A stretch of DNA of 64,000 nucleotides, taken from NCBI GenBank assembly GCA_028534125.1, contig CM052818.1:27406001-27470000 (forward strand), in the 5' to 3' direction. This document shows, piece by piece, positions 62,150 to 64,000 of the stretch. The notes under the pieces were generated by a model. The model searched no databases. It was not told the origin of the DNA and was given only the letters and a program-made list of their open reading frames with translations. Positions within the stretch are counted from its first letter, which is position 1. Each line of letters starts with the position of its first letter. Source of the DNA: Lama glama. Lineage: Eukaryota. The position numbers and the translations under genes were made by a program.

Positions 62150-62398
62150 TGGTGGGGTGACAGACCCTAAGGTGACCCCCTAATTATTATTCCTATCTAC
62201 TAGCATTCACATCTCTGTGTAATCTCTTTCCCCTTGAGTATGGATAAGACCCGTGTCTTGCTTCTCATCAATAGGATTCTCATGATTACATTCATTAGGT
62301 TACGTCACATATAAGGCTTTGCTAGCAGACTGGAACTAGAGATTCTCCTCGCAGTCCTGATGAACTAGGTGGCCATGTTAAAGTCTAGGTGGTAAGGT
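62150..62398 (+). mobile_element. MaLR LTR 5' part (MLT1E-like)
   Basis: CAGACCCTAAGGTGACCCCC...TGTGTAATCTCTTTCCCCTTGAGTATGG...CTTGCTTCT...GCTAGCAGACT. Confidence 0.65.
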
Positions 62399-62399
62399 T

Positions 62400-62760
62400 T
62401 ATAATATCTATCCATTTTGTTGTATATGAGTTCAGTTCCTTTCTGCTGATTAGTATTCTATGATATGAGATCACTGTACTTTATGCAACCTTTCACCAGT
62501 GACGGACACCCAAGTTGCCCCTATTTCCCTGCTATCACAACTGATGTCTGGGTGAATATCTGGGCAAACATCACATTATGGAATGTGAGCAGACGGGTAA
62601 ATGCCCAGGAGTGGGATTGCTGGGCCACATGTAATGGGTTACTTCATTTTACGAGGTGCTGCCAGGTTGTTTCTGGAATGGTTGTACCACGTGGCAAGCC
62701 CACAGCAGTGCAGGATGCTTCTTGTTTTCTCATGTCCTCCTCAATACTTTTTATCTCACT
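62400..62760 (-). mobile_element. Ancient L1 (L1M-like) 3' fragment
   Basis: ATGCCCAGGAGTGGGATTGCTGGGCCACAT...TGCCAGGTTGTTTCTGGAATGGTTGTACC...CCCACAGCAGTG. Confidence 0.65.
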
Positions 62761-63069
62761 ATGTAATTGTCATACTACTCTAAAACCCAAGTTAATCTGT
62801 CTCCAAAGTTCATGATCTTATTATGTGTAAATGATGTCCAAGTTTTGAAGACATTCAAAGACATGTTTTTCAAGATGAAAAATACAAATACTCAAAGGCT
62901 CCAGACATCACTGTACCCACAGTTAAAAGATAGGTCATTATTTGAATATTTTTTGGTCCATTTCTGTTTGTTGAACAACACTGACTTCTTTTCTGACTGT
63001 GAAAGAAAAACAGGGTGGTGAGAAGAGAGAAGTCTGGAATATTGCACTGAAGTGTCAGGGAACCAGGCA

Positions 63070-63085
63070 TGTGTGTGTGTAGGAT

Positions 63086-63124
<39 letters not shown>
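63070..63124 (+). repeat. (TG)n + (CA)n microsatellite
   Basis: TGTGTGTGTGT AGGATGT followed by a long uninterrupted (AC)n run. Confidence 0.95.
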
Positions 63125-63127
<3 letters not shown>

Positions 63128-63252
63128 GGAAAGAGAGGGAGGCTAAGAGATGAAAATAAAAGGGAAACAAGAGTGATGTGTAACAACAGAGGGAGATGCT
63201 TTTTCTTTAAAACATTGGAAGTGAAGGTGATATCGGTAGGAGATGATGAGGG

Positions 63253-63400
63253 TTTTATTTATTTATTTATTTTTAAATTTTTGATGGGGGGAGGTAATTA
63301 GGTTTTTATTTATTTGTTTTAATGGAGGTACTGGGGATTGAACCCTGGATCTTGTGCATGCTAGGCGTGCACTCTACCATTGAGTTATATACCCTCCCAT
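63253..63400 (-). mobile_element. Camelid tRNA-derived SINE (Vic-1 type)
   Basis: GGGGGGAGGTAATTAGG...TGGAGGTACTGGGGATTGAACCC...CACTCTACCATTGAGTTATATACCCTCCC with a TTTA tail. Confidence 0.88.
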
Positions 63401-64000
63401 CCTCTCCATGAAGGAGATTTTTAATATTAGCTTGTATGTAAGTGTGGAGTCAGAGGGGAGGCAGGACCATGGACCAACTTCTGCTTCGTCCGGTTACTTA
63501 AGCCATCCCCCCACACAGAACTGAGCATTGGAGATTTACCACATCTAAAGAGCAATAATTAGTGCTATTGTTCTTTTGCGTTTGGGGAATGAGGAAAAGG
63601 CAGAATACAATGACTGAATCAAGCATTAAGGTCATGTCAACATGACCAATTTCTTCTTTGCTTTTTTTCCTTTACAACTAAACAGTCCAGTTGTTGGAAA
63701 AGAAACTTGTAACCAGAGTCTCCTCATCACCAAATATTATGTTTTAATTGCTAAGCCTGCCAGGTTTAAATACCTATTACCAAATCTACTTATCGGAAGC
63801 ACATAAAGCATAGGCTTTTAAAAGAAATTAAGGACGATGTAGGTTTTGCCTGACAAGTTTTGAGGAATGAATTGAAAAACAGAAATTTCTCTTTTTACCA
63901 ATTATGACTGATTCAAATGTAGCTGTCTTATACAAATCAGCAGCAGGGAATATGCCTTATAGTCAAATGACAATCCATAGTAATGGAAGGGACTATGACT

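Overview
Mammalian genomic DNA, most likely camelid (alpaca/llama/camel), judging by four tRNA-derived Vic-1-type SINEs. The window is centred on the CpG-island promoter and first exon of CRIM1 on the minus strand: ATG at 29927, 331 coding nt (signal peptide plus IGFBP domain), donor at 29596. Bases 1-29596 are intron 1 (no exon 2 found). Bases ~31500-64000 are repeat-rich upstream DNA (L1, L2, MIR, MaLR LTRs, MER5, MARNA, MER21). Almost all ORF-track entries are not genes. I see no new multi-gene system. The best leads are: (1) a well-formed 46-nt cryptic/poison exon in intron 1 whose frame depends on an A9 run; (2) a ~3.3-kb decayed RTE-X/L4-like LINE carrying a CTCF-like site; (3) a PBX-HOX motif cluster beside a CR1/L3 fossil; (4) a probable divergent lncRNA (CRIM1-DT-like); (5) a probable L1 3' transduction. 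Repeat family names and boundaries were judged by eye and are approximate.
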